Below, piece after piece: positions 1 to 8,466 of a stretch of DNA of 64,000 bases. Below the pieces are notes generated by a model. The model had not been told where the DNA came from. It did no database searches and saw only the letters and a list, made by a program, of their open reading frames with translations. Location: NCBI GenBank assembly GCA_963750165.1, contig CAVVPN010000003.1:3072001-3136000 (forward strand), written 5' to 3'. The first letter of the stretch is position 1, and the number at the start of each line of letters is the position of its first letter. The DNA comes from an uncultured Gemmataceae bacterium. Lineage in GTDB: Bacteria; Planctomycetota; Planctomycetia; Gemmatales; Gemmataceae. Made by a program: the position numbers and the translations under genes.

Positions 1-1
1 G

Positions 2-316
2 GTGCGCGGCTACCTCGGCCTGCACGCCCGCAACGCGCAGATCGCCGAGCGGCTGGTCGAACGGCACGAACTGCTGCAAACGACGGCGGTACATGTCGTG
101 AGTCTGGAGCAGGGCGGCCCGGCGGACCAGGCGGGCATCCTGGAAGACGACCTGATCGTGCGGCTCGGCGACGAACCGACGCCCACGGTGGACGAACTGC
201 ACAAATTGCTGACGCAACTGCCGATCGACGTGCCGACGACGGTCACGCTGCTGCGCGGCGACCGCATGCTGGAGCGCATGGTGCTGCCGACGCAGTATCC
301 GAACTTGATGGTGTAA
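2..316 (+). CDS. C-terminal PDZ domain of a probable HtrA/DegP-like (S1C) protease, 5'-truncated by the window edge
   Basis: RGYLGL...GGPADQAGILEDDLIVRL...VTLLRGDR is a typical PDZ signature of HtrA proteins. Confidence 0.75.
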   Translation: MRGYLGLHARNAQIAERLVERHELLQTTAVHVVSLEQGGPADQAGILEDDLIVRLGDEPTPTVDELHKLLTQLPIDVPTTVTLLRGDRMLERMVLPTQYPNLMV

Positions 317-318
317 AG

Positions 319-409
319 GGAATCACCACAAAGAGCACAAAGAAGACAGAAGAATTGAATTACAATTCTTCTGTCTTCTTTGTGCTCTTTGTGTCTTTGT
401 GGTGATTCC
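319..409. repeat. Long hairpin/REP-like element with CACAAAGA tandem units, between convergent genes
   Basis: GGAATCACCACAAAGAGCACAAAGAAGACAGAAGAATTG pairs with CAATTCTTCTGTCTTCTTTGTGCTCTTTGTG(TCTTTGTG)GTGATTCC; the right arm has one extra unit; related element at 11730-11853. Confidence 0.85.
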
Positions 410-416
410 TCGTTCT

Positions 417-1145
417 TCAACCTCGGCGGATGGCTTCTTTCATCTCGCGCACCGCCCGCTCCAGCCCCACAAACACCGCCCGCGCCACGATACTGTGGCC
501 GATGTTCAACTCCTCGACGCCCGGGATGCGCGTCACCGCCTGCACGTTGCAGTAGTTCAGCCCGTGACCCAGGTGGACGTGCAGCCCGTGCTGCTTCGCC
601 AGCGCCGCCGACTCGCGCAGCTCGTCCAGCTCCTCCTCGCGCCGGGCCGGCGTCTTCGCCTCGGAGTAGCGCACCGTCTGCAACTCGATGGCGTGAACGC
701 CGAGCACCTTGGCCATCTCAATCTGCCGGTCGTCCGGGTCCAGGAACAGCGACACCTCGACGCCCGCCGCCTTCAACCGCTCGACCGCCCGCGTCACCGC
801 CTTCTGGTGCGCCACCACGTCCAGGCCGCCTTCGGTCGTCAACTCCTCGCGCCGCTCCGGCACCAGCGTCGCCTCGTCCGGCTTCACCTGACAGGCGAAC
901 GTGACGATCTCCTCCGCGACCGACATTTCGAGGTTGAGTCGGTGCGGCACGGTCTCGCGCAGCAGCCGCACGTCGCGGTCCTGGATGTGGCGACGATCCT
1001 CGCGCAGATGGACGGTGATACCGTCAGCGCCGCCCAGCAGCGCCAGCACCGCCGCCTGCACCGGGTCGGGCTCGTGGCCGCGCCGCGCCTGCCGCACCGT
1101 CGCCACATGGTCGATGTTCACGCCCAGTCGAATCGCGTTTTGCAT
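417..1145 (-). CDS. pdxJ: Pyridoxine 5'-phosphate synthase
   Basis: [44 protein letters not shown] and ELNIGHSI motifs. Confidence 0.97.
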   Translation of the reverse strand: MQNAIRLGVNIDHVATVRQARRGHEPDPVQAAVLALLGGADGITVHLREDRRHIQDRDVRLLRETVPHRLNLEMSVAEEIVTFACQVKPDEATLVPERREELTTEGGLDVVAHQKAVTRAVERLKAAGVEVSLFLDPDDRQIEMAKVLGVHAIELQTVRYSEAKTPARREEELDELRESAALAKQHGLHVHLGHGLNYCNVQAVTRIPGVEELNIGHSIVARAVFVGLERAVREMKEAIRRG

Positions 1146-1160
1146 TGTCGGTTCCGTCCG

Positions 1161-1733
1161 TCAAAGAGGTTGGCCGGCCGCGGCCAGCGCCTGCCGATAG
1201 CGGCTCGCCTCGCGGCTCAGGCTCTTGTACAGGAAAAATGCCAGGATCAGGTCCACGGCCTTGTCGAGGATTGGGCCGGCAATCGGGATCAGGCTCGCCA
1301 GCGGCAGCCACCAGTGCGACAGCAAAATCGCCGGGCCGAGCACCAGCAGCGTCAGGCGCGTCCACCAGGCGACATGATAGCGGCGGTCGAAGAACATGCG
1401 CAGCATCGCCCGCAGTTCGGTCCACAGGTCGAACAGCAGCCACGCTTGCTGGACGGCGCCCGGCGACGGCAGGCCCGGCACGGACAGCGGCAACGGCAAC
1501 TGCAGGCCGGGCGCCGGCAGCGGCCGGGGCTCGGTGAAGGCTTCGCTGGGTGCCGGCGGCGGCCCCGGGACGGCCGCGGTCTGCAGGCGCTCGCTGAGGC
1601 GCTCGACGACACGCTGCTCGACGCTCTGGGTGTCTTGCAAATTGGCGAGGGCGTCCTCCAGGCGACGGAGGCGCTGTTCGAGCGTCTCGGCGGGGGGCGG
1701 CCCGTTCTGCGGGATGTCGGCGGGGTTGTCCAT
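1161..1733 (-). CDS. Hypothetical membrane protein (N-terminal coiled coil, Pro-rich linker, C-terminal hydrophobic segments)
   Basis: LEQRLRRLEDALANL coiled coil; hydrophobic stretches LTLLVLGPAILLS and AVDLILAFFLY; co-oriented just upstream of pdxJ. Confidence 0.7.
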   Translation of the reverse strand: MDNPADIPQNGPPPAETLEQRLRRLEDALANLQDTQSVEQRVVERLSERLQTAAVPGPPPAPSEAFTEPRPLPAPGLQLPLPLSVPGLPSPGAVQQAWLLFDLWTELRAMLRMFFDRRYHVAWWTRLTLLVLGPAILLSHWWLPLASLIPIAGPILDKAVDLILAFFLYKSLSREASRYRQALAAAGQPL

Positions 1734-1836
1734 GACTACGCGCCTCTCGGCCGTGCGGGGACTCGCGGCGCGGTTGGCTGCGCCGCTGTCACCATACCGA
1801 GACGGGGCGGTTTAGACCAGATTGGGTTGCTGCGGA

Positions 1837-1896
1837 TCGTGGGGCAGACCTTCCTGTCTGCCAATCCCTCGGCCGACAGGAAGGTCTGCCCCACGA
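1837..1896. repeat. REP-like palindrome, CGTGGGGCAG...CTGCCCCACG family
   Basis: TCGTGGGGCAGACCTTCCTGTC...GACAGGAAGGTCTGCCCCACGA; relatives at 27267-27330 and 49088-49131. Confidence 0.85.
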
Positions 1897-1904
1897 GGAA
1901 GACC

Positions 1905-2825
1905 TCATTTCGGCGCCGGCACCTGACTGACCTTGGCGGCGCTGGGGAAGTTCTGCGGGATCGGCAGCGTCACGCGGCCGGTGGCGGCCCACTCGGTGCC
2001 GCGCCCCAGCGTCGTGAGGAAGCCGACGCAGCGCATGCCGTTCAGGTCGTGGCCCATCGGCGTGTGGAAGACGCGGCCCTCGCCGTACTGCACGGTCCAG
2101 ATCATCGGCTCGTTCTCGTTGCTGCTGCTCTTACCGCCCTTGGCCTTGTCGGCGTAAGCGGTTGCCAGCAGGTGGACGTGCTCGATGGGACCGCGCATGC
2201 CCTGGTACAGTTCGTCCTGCGAGTGCATCCACTCGGCCGGCATGCCCTTCGTGATCGGGTGGCTGCGGTCGCGGACGACGATCTTGAAGGCGTGCTGGCT
2301 GCCGTGGCCGGCGCCGAAGCCCTTGCCCTTCGGCACACGCACTTCTTTGCCGCTGTCGTCCACGATGAGGCGGTCGCCGTAGTTATTGTTGCGCCAGCCC
2401 ATGCCGATCATCTGGTTGTACTCCTTCCAGCCGCCGAAGGCGTTGTTGGCGGCGTGAACGATCACCAGGCCGATCTTGTTGCGCTTCAGGGCCTCGTCCA
2501 GCTGCTTGTTGAAGTCGGCCGGCCAGGAGGCGCCGTTGTAGTTGCTGAGCACCACGTCATAGCGGCTCAGGTGCGGCGGGAACGGCACCGTCGGCACGCT
2601 GCCCGGCTTGTCGTTCGGCTTGAGGTTCGAGGACACGTCCACGGTGAAGCGGCCGGTGTCCTCCAGGGCCTTTTTCATGAAGGGCGTCGTCGCCCGCCAG
2701 TTGTGGTTGTTCTGGCCGTCGATGATGACGACCCGGATTTTGCCAGTCCCCTGAGCCGCGGCCGGCGCCGCCAGCAGCGCCACCGCCGCGCCGGCCAGCG
2801 CCAGCACGCTCAAACGCTTCAACAT
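1905..2825 (-). CDS. Secreted ThuA-like (class I glutamine amidotransferase-like fold) protein
   Basis: Signal peptide; IIDGQNNHNW, IVHAANNAF, HPITKGMP, DELY and GRVFHTPMGH motifs. Confidence 0.85.
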   Translation of the reverse strand: MLKRLSVLALAGAAVALLAAPAAAQGTGKIRVVIIDGQNNHNWRATTPFMKKALEDTGRFTVDVSSNLKPNDKPGSVPTVPFPPHLSRYDVVLSNYNGASWPADFNKQLDEALKRNKIGLVIVHAANNAFGGWKEYNQMIGMGWRNNNYGDRLIVDDSGKEVRVPKGKGFGAGHGSQHAFKIVVRDRSHPITKGMPAEWMHSQDELYQGMRGPIEHVHLLATAYADKAKGGKSSSNENEPMIWTVQYGEGRVFHTPMGHDLNGMRCVGFLTTLGRGTEWAATGRVTLPIPQNFPSAAKVSQVPAPK

Positions 2826-2904
2826 GGTGCAACCTCCCGTGCGGATTTCGTCACGAAGGCCGGGCCGCGGCGGCCCGGCTGTGGGTGATTATCGCAGAAA
2901 CGGC

Positions 2905-2973
2905 GAGGGGGTGAAGGGGGGAAGGGGTGAGGGGGTGAAAGAAGACGGTCTTTCACCCCCTCACCCCTTCACC
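2905..2973. repeat. REP-like hairpin with GGGGTGA(A/G) tandem arms
   Basis: GAAGGGGTGAGGGGGTGAAAGA...TCTTTCACCCCCTCACCCCTTC; second copy at 5162-5212. Confidence 0.85.
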
Positions 2974-2984
2974 TTGTCATCCGC

Positions 2985-3329
2985 TTACTTGAACATGTCG
3001 CGGATCACCTTGAGCGGCGTGGCGCGCACGACGGTGCGCTTCGGCTTGGCCGCGATGGTGATGGTCTCGCCAGTCTGCGGATTGCGGCCCTGGCGAGCCT
3101 TGGTGGCCTTCTTCTCCTTCCGCTGCAGCTTGAGCAACCCCGGAATCGTGAAGACGCCGGGGCCTTTCTTGCCCAGTTCGTTCTTGATCAGGACGGTCAG
3201 CTGCTCGATGAAGTTGGCGACATCCTTCTTCGAGAGCTTGGTCGCGTCCGCCAGTTTCTGGTAGACGACCGTCTTGCTGCTCGCTTTCGGTTTCGCCGAG
3301 TTCCCGCCGCCGGCGCTGGCCTTGGCCAT
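2985..3329 (-). CDS. HU family DNA-binding protein
   Basis: LSKKDV, FTIPGLLKL, ARQGRNPQTGETITIAAKP HU arm motif. Confidence 0.93.
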   Translation of the reverse strand: MAKASAGGGNSAKPKASSKTVVYQKLADATKLSKKDVANFIEQLTVLIKNELGKKGPGVFTIPGLLKLQRKEKKATKARQGRNPQTGETITIAAKPKRTVVRATPLKVIRDMFK

Positions 3330-3388
3330 GAGATTTACCCTCTCCCGGAGTGAAATTGGACGAACATTACGGTACGCATTAAGTGGGC

Positions 3389-3417
3389 AGCGTAGATTGC
3401 TTTGGCAATCTTGTCAA
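3389..3417 (-). promoter_or_regulatory. Sigma70-type promoter of the HU gene with a palindrome filling the spacer
   Basis: Minus strand TTGACA-17 nt-TACGCT about 60 nt upstream of the ATG; AGATTGC-N4-GCAATCT at 3394-3411. Confidence 0.65.
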
Positions 3418-3542
3418 TCGAATCTTGCCGTATTTTCCACGATTTTCTTAGCGTCGCTGTTGAAGTTGCTGTTTTTTTCCTGAAACTAGCAGCGATCGCG
3501 CCGCCCCGAACGATTTTTCCGTCCCCGAACCCTGACAGCCTC

Positions 3543-4553
3543 ATGAAACAACTCGTCTTCGAGCGCTTCGGCGACCCCCAGGAGGTGCTGCATCTGCGTG
3601 AAGCGCCGCCGCCGGAGCCCGGCCCTGGCCAGGTCCGCGTCCGCATGATCGCCAGTCCGGTCAATCCGTCGGACCTGCTCGTGGTCCGCGGCCAGTACGG
3701 CCGATTGCCACCGCTGCCCGCGACGCCCGGCTTTGAGGGCGTCGGCGTCCTCGATGCAGTCGGCTCCGGTTGGCTGGCGAAGCTCCGCGGCCTGCGACCG
3801 GGCCGCCGCGTCGCGGTGCTCAACGGCCGGGGCGGCAACTGGCAGGAGTACGTCGTGCTGACCGCCCGTGAGGTGGTGCCGGTGTCCGCGGAACTGCCGG
3901 ACGAGCAGGTGGCATCGTTCTTCGTCAACCCCGCGACGGCCCTGGTGCTGACGCAGCGCGTGCTGCGACCAGGCCCCGGCGACTGGCTGTTGCAGACCGC
4001 TGCTGCGGGCGCCCTGGGCCGTATGGTGATCCGCCTGGGCAAGCACCTCGGCTTCCGCACGCTGAACGTGGTCCGCCGCCGCGACCAGGCGGAGGAGCTG
4101 CGCCGGGCCGGTGCCGAGGTGGTGGTGGCCACCGACGAGGAGCCGCTGGTCGAGCGCGTGCGGGGGCTGACGGGCGGCTTCGGGGTCCGCTACGCCCTGG
4201 ATGCGGTTGGCGGCGGGACGGGGCGGGCGGTCGTCGAGTGCCTGGACGCGGGCGGTCGGTTAGTGGTGTACGGCACGCTGTCGGCCGAGCCGATCGCGCT
4301 GGACCCGCGGTTGCTGATGGTGGGGCAGAAGTGCATCGAGGGCTTCTGGCTGTCGGAGTGGGTGCGGGCGCAGGGGCCGCTGACGATGTTGCGGTTGTTC
4401 CGGCAGATCGACCGCCTGTTGCGGCAGGATGTGTTGACGACGACGGTCGGCGTATCGTATCCGCTGGAGCAGTTCCGCGAGGCGGTGACGCAGGCGCAGG
4501 CGCCGGGCCGGCAGGGGAAGGTGCTGCTGCGCATGGGGGAGGCAGCGCGCTGA
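3543..4553 (+). CDS. Medium-chain dehydrogenase/reductase (NADPH:quinone reductase / 2-enoyl thioester reductase-like)
   Basis: ASPVNPSDL, PGFEGVGV, FVNPATA, LLQTAAAGALG, LDAVGG, GKVLL; start taken at MKQLVF. Confidence 0.9.
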   Translation: MKQLVFERFGDPQEVLHLREAPPPEPGPGQVRVRMIASPVNPSDLLVVRGQYGRLPPLPATPGFEGVGVLDAVGSGWLAKLRGLRPGRRVAVLNGRGGNWQEYVVLTAREVVPVSAELPDEQVASFFVNPATALVLTQRVLRPGPGDWLLQTAAAGALGRMVIRLGKHLGFRTLNVVRRRDQAEELRRAGAEVVVATDEEPLVERVRGLTGGFGVRYALDAVGGGTGRAVVECLDAGGRLVVYGTLSAEPIALDPRLLMVGQKCIEGFWLSEWVRAQGPLTMLRLFRQIDRLLRQDVLTTTVGVSYPLEQFREAVTQAQAPGRQGKVLLRMGEAAR

Positions 4554-4657
4554 GGCGCAAGCGGCAGACAACTATTGATTGCCGAACCGGAGCCCCGCCG
4601 GTATCAATAACCACCCCTGGACCGCCGCGGTGTGCTTTCGAGAGAGGACGACTGTCC

Positions 4658-5155
4658 ATGCCCGACCAGCGCAAGCAAGCGATCACCGGCCTGACGCCGC
4701 CGGAGGTTTCCGAGGCCCTGATCCGCCAGACCTGGCCATCAGTGGCCATGAACCCCGCCGTCGCCAGCTTCGGCCGAATACTGACCGGCACCTTCGTGCT
4801 GGCGCCGCTGGGCTGGTTGGTGATGTCGCTGGTGTTCTTCGGCAAGTTTTTCCCGCTCATGGCGAAGCGGTACGCCGTCACCAACAAGCGGGTGCTGATC
4901 CGCAAGGGCATCACCGGCAAACCCGGCCCGGAGGTGCCGCTCAGCGAGATCGATGAAGTGCGCGTCGTCACCGACGCCAACAGCAGCTTCTTCCGCGCCG
5001 GCACGCTGGAGATCGTCAGTGGCGGTCAGGTGCGGCTGACGCTGCCCGGTGTCCCCGAACCGGAGGGCTTCCGCCACGCTATCCTCAACGCCTGCAACGC
5101 CTGGGTGCCCAACCGCAAGCGCGGAGCGTTCATTCCCGCCAGCGCGACCAAGTAA
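4658..5155 (+). CDS. Membrane-anchored bacterial PH-domain (bPH_2-like) protein
   Basis: Hydrophobic segment followed by RYAVTNKRVLIRKGITG and GTLEI...GVPEPE. Confidence 0.75.
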   Translation: MPDQRKQAITGLTPPEVSEALIRQTWPSVAMNPAVASFGRILTGTFVLAPLGWLVMSLVFFGKFFPLMAKRYAVTNKRVLIRKGITGKPGPEVPLSEIDEVRVVTDANSSFFRAGTLEIVSGGQVRLTLPGVPEPEGFRHAILNACNAWVPNRKRGAFIPASATK

Positions 5156-5161
5156 GCGGAT

Positions 5162-5212
5162 GAGGGGGTGAAGGGGTGAAAGAGCAGGTGTCTTTCACCC
5201 CTTCACCCCCTC
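5162..5212. repeat. REP-like hairpin (GGGGTGAA family), likely terminator
   Basis: GAGGGGGTGAAGGGGTGAAAGA...TCTTTCACCCCTTCACCCCCTC immediately after a stop codon. Confidence 0.85.
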
Positions 5213-5271
5213 CCCCCCTCAACCTCGCAAAGCGCTGGCGAACGGCGTCGATTTGCGGTACAACAGAGGGC

Positions 5272-6918
5272 ATGTCGCTACTCATCATTCTCCAGGGCCC
5301 GGATGTCGGCCGCAAGTTTCCCCTGGACGCGCCAGTCACCGTCCTGGGTCGGCAGCCGGAATCGACCATCTGTTTGTCTGCCCGCGCTGTCAGCCGCGAA
5401 CACGCCGAGATCCGCCGCACCGACGAGGGCTTTGTCGTCGAGGACCTCGACAGCAGTAATGGATCCTACCTCAACGGCAAACGGCTCGTGCCGCGCCAAC
5501 CGGTGCCGCTCACCGAGCAAGACACTCTGCAAGTTGGCCCTTACCTGCTCGGCCTGCGGCCCAGGCCGCGGTTGACCAGCGTCGAGCCGGACATGATTAT
5601 CGTCGAGCAGGTCAACGCCGTCGCCATGTCGCAGAGCGTCTACGGCCACGACCCCGCCCAGAAGTTGCAGGTCGTTCTCGACATCGCCCAGCACCTGGCG
5701 CGCACCCTCGACCTGGAACCGCTGCTCGACAAGTTGCTCGACCACCTCATGCGCCTGCTGCCGCAGGCCGACCGCGCCCTGGTGCTGCTGTGCGAGGGCG
5801 ACGAACTCGTCGTCCGCGGCCAGCGCTGCCGCCACGAACACGACGCCACCACCTTCCCGTACAGCCGCACCGTCGTCCGCCGCGCTCTCGACGAGGGGAT
5901 CGGTCTGCTCAGCGAGGATGTCAAGGACGACGAGCGCTTCCAGAGCAGCCAGACCATCACGTCCCTGGACATGCGCTCGCTGATCTGCGTGCCGCTGATC
6001 GGCCAGGAAGGCCGGCGGCTCGGCGTCATCCAGCTGGACCGCTTTCGCTCCGGGCAGCCGTTCCTCGTCGGCGATCTGCAGATGCTGACCGCCGTGGGGT
6101 TGCAGGTCGGCGTCGTGCTGGAGAACGCCGCGCTGCACGCCGAACTGCTGCGCAAGCAGCGGCAGGACCAGGAACTGGCGATGGCCCGCGACATCCAGGA
6201 GAGCTATCTGCCGACCAACTTCGGGCCGCTGGCCGCGGTGGGCATCGACCTGTTCGCCAACGTCCACCCGGCCCGCGGCATGGCCGGCGACCTGTATGAC
6301 TTCTTCCTGCTGCCGGACGGACGGCTGGCGTTCTTCGTGGGCGACGTGGTGGGCAAGGGGTTGCCGGCGGCGCTGTTCATGGTGGCGGTCCATGTGCTGG
6401 GCCGGCACCTGGCGCAGGGCGAGGGCGGCCCGGCGGCGGCCCTGCTGCGGCTCAACCGCGCCCTGGCGGCCGACAACCCATCCGAGCTGTTCGTGACGCT
6501 ACTGCACGGCATTTATGACCCGCGCGATGGCACAGTGGTGTTCGTCTCCGGCGGCCATCCCATGCCGCTGCTGCGCCACGTTGACGGCAGCGTTGAGGAG
6601 GTGAAGCACCGCAGCGGCCGGCTGCTCGGCCTGGGGGAGGAGGGCGTCAACCTGACCAACCGGACGTTCACCCTGCAGCCGGGCGAACTGCTGGCGATCT
6701 ACACCGATGGCTATACGGAGGCTCGGCAACCGGGCAGCCGGGCGATGTTCGGCCTGGCGCGGTTGCAGGAGGTGGTGAGCGGCTTCACGCCGGCGCAGCC
6801 GCTGTCCGCGTGCGCCGACCAGGCGCGGGAGGCGGTGGCGAAATTCGTCGGCGGGCCAGACCAGCAGGACGATTTGACGCTCTTCTTGTTGCGGCGGCGC
6901 GCGGACGCCGCGCCGTGA
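5272..6918 (+). CDS. FHA-GAF-SpoIIE (PP2C) serine phosphatase
   Basis: FHA (LGRQ..., VSREHA, DLDSSNGSYLNG); GAF (SLICVPL...GVIQLD); PP2C (GDLYD, GDVVGKGLPAAL, YTDG, DDLT). Confidence 0.93.
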   Translation: MSLLIILQGPDVGRKFPLDAPVTVLGRQPESTICLSARAVSREHAEIRRTDEGFVVEDLDSSNGSYLNGKRLVPRQPVPLTEQDTLQVGPYLLGLRPRPRLTSVEPDMIIVEQVNAVAMSQSVYGHDPAQKLQVVLDIAQHLARTLDLEPLLDKLLDHLMRLLPQADRALVLLCEGDELVVRGQRCRHEHDATTFPYSRTVVRRALDEGIGLLSEDVKDDERFQSSQTITSLDMRSLICVPLIGQEGRRLGVIQLDRFRSGQPFLVGDLQMLTAVGLQVGVVLENAALHAELLRKQRQDQELAMARDIQESYLPTNFGPLAAVGIDLFANVHPARGMAGDLYDFFLLPDGRLAFFVGDVVGKGLPAALFMVAVHVLGRHLAQGEGGPAAALLRLNRALAADNPSELFVTLLHGIYDPRDGTVVFVSGGHPMPLLRHVDGSVEEVKHRSGRLLGLGEEGVNLTNRTFTLQPGELLAIYTDGYTEARQPGSRAMFGLARLQEVVSGFTPAQPLSACADQAREAVAKFVGGPDQQDDLTLFLLRRRADAAP

Positions 6919-6935
6919 GCAGACCGCTTCTCCGT

Positions 6936-7733
6936 TTACGTTTCGCGGTCAGCGTCCGCGCGAAACGTAAACGGGTCCGTCGGAATCTGACAGAGCACCT
7001 CATCCAGCGCTTCGGTCGCGCCTTCCAGGACGACGCGCCCGTCCGGCTCGACCGCATGAACCGGCCGCGCCGTGAAGTCCAGCCAGCGCAGGTCGAGCCG
7101 GCCGAGCAGCACGCGGCGCTGCCGGCGCACCTGGTCCCGCAGGGAGCGGCGCTCCGGTTCGGAAAGGCCGTACTCGTCCCGGCGGGCGCGACCATCGCCG
7201 CGCGGGATAAAGGGCAACAGGCTCAGCCGCCGCACGCCGTTGTCCAGGCAGAAGCGCACGGCCCAGTCGATGACCGCGCCGCCGCTGGCGACCACGGTGG
7301 TTTGCACGCCCGTGGCGACGCCGGCCGCGAGCAGACGGCGGAGATTGTGCGTCGTCTGGTCGAAGGCGTCGCGGCCCACCAACTCGTTGTGCCGGTCGCG
7401 GTCGCCGTGGACGCTGACCTTGACCTGACAACCCGTCTGGCGGAGGACCGGCGGCAGGGCGTCGCTCAGCGCGATGCCGTTGGTGGTGAGCTTCGACTTG
7501 CCGCCGCGCGCCTGGACGTGCAGGAGCAGCTGCGGCAGCGCGGGATGGATGGTGGGCTCGCCACCGCAGAAGTGGACCGTGTGGACGCCGTGCGCCAGCA
7601 GCCAGTCGATGCGCTGCGTCAGTGTGACCGCGGAGGTTTGGACGCCATCGGGCGGAGCGAGGCAAAAGCCACAGCGGGCGTTGCACCGCCGCGTGACGCG
7701 GAAGCAGATCGTCGCCGGGAGGTCGAGTGTCAT
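6936..7733 (-). CDS. Radical SAM protein, short, without SPASM domain, viperin/MoaA-like
   Basis: CNARCGFC (CxxxCxxC), GGEP, TTNG; no C-terminal Cys cluster. Confidence 0.9.
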   Translation of the reverse strand: MTLDLPATICFRVTRRCNARCGFCLAPPDGVQTSAVTLTQRIDWLLAHGVHTVHFCGGEPTIHPALPQLLLHVQARGGKSKLTTNGIALSDALPPVLRQTGCQVKVSVHGDRDRHNELVGRDAFDQTTHNLRRLLAAGVATGVQTTVVASGGAVIDWAVRFCLDNGVRRLSLLPFIPRGDGRARRDEYGLSEPERRSLRDQVRRQRRVLLGRLDLRWLDFTARPVHAVEPDGRVVLEGATEALDEVLCQIPTDPFTFRADADRET

Positions 7734-7755
7734 ACGCCGGGCCTCTTCGTGATGA

Positions 7756-7816
7756 GTCGGAGCCCAAGCGCCAGCGAGGGGCTCGCTCTACCCTTCGCGG
7801 GCGCTCGGGCTTCGAC
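7756..7816. repeat. REP-like palindrome (GAGCCC.AGCGCCAGCGAGG family) overlapping the 3' end of the TOPRIM gene
   Basis: GTCGGAGCCCAAGCGCCAGCGAGGGG...CCCTTCGCGGGCGCTCGGGCTTCGAC; near-perfect relative at 59598-59660. Confidence 0.8.
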
Positions 7817-8423
7817 CAGGAACCAGGCGATCGCGCAGCCACTGCGCCACGGTGCCGCGGCCGCGCTTGACCAGCGCCGTGCTCCAGTCCTTGCACCGCG
7901 GCGGTGGCGGCAACCGGCGCACCGCCGCGGCGCGGAGCCGTTCGGTGTAGCGGACCACCTCTTCCTCGCCGGGCCGCGTGGCGTCGAAGGCGAGCCAGAC
8001 GACCCGGCCCGCTGCCACTTCCGGCAGCCACGGCGGCCAGCGGCCGATGGTCCCGATAGCGGCCCAGCCACAGACGGCCAGCGACAGCGCGTCGAAGAGG
8101 CCCTCGACCACGATCAGCGGCTCGACCGTCCAGCCGCCCAGCACGTTGACCGTGCCGCCACCGGGGCCAACCGTGAGCATTTTATTCTGCCCGCGCACTG
8201 TGTGCAGGTAGCGCCCGTGGACGTGAACCAGCGCCCCGGCGCGGTCCCACAGCGGCGCCACTACCGCGGGCCGACCGCCGAAGTCCGCGGCGAAGCGCAC
8301 GCCCGCGGCATCGGCGATTGCGACGGGAATGCCGCGGCGCTCGACGTAGGCTTGCCCGGGGGTGCCGGCCAGGGGCGCGGCGCGGGCGAGCAACTCCTCG
8401 GGGTGTTCGCCAGTGCCGGGCAT
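7788..8423 (-). CDS. Primase-like TOPRIM domain protein without zinc-binding domain
   Basis: LAGTPGQAYVERRGI, VVAPLWDRAG, IVVEGLFDALSL, VWLAFDAT, KDW; ATG at 8423 preferred over TTG at 8486. Confidence 0.8.
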   Translation of the reverse strand: MPGTGEHPEELLARAAPLAGTPGQAYVERRGIPVAIADAAGVRFAADFGGRPAVVAPLWDRAGALVHVHGRYLHTVRGQNKMLTVGPGGGTVNVLGGWTVEPLIVVEGLFDALSLAVCGWAAIGTIGRWPPWLPEVAAGRVVWLAFDATRPGEEEVVRYTERLRAAAVRRLPPPPRCKDWSTALVKRGRGTVAQWLRDRLVPGRSPSAREG

Positions 8424-8466
8424 GCGCGGCGGGTCGTCGAAGCGCAGCACGGGAAGGCTCCGGGTT

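Noticed and set aside
399..2888. Long antisense or alternate-frame ORFs (e.g. 399-2888+, 14017-17526-, 18597-21518+, 33179-37723+, 40931-44161+)
   Set aside because: Shadow ORFs opposite well-supported genes, expected at high GC; translations lack motifs and are Arg/Ala/Gly-rich.
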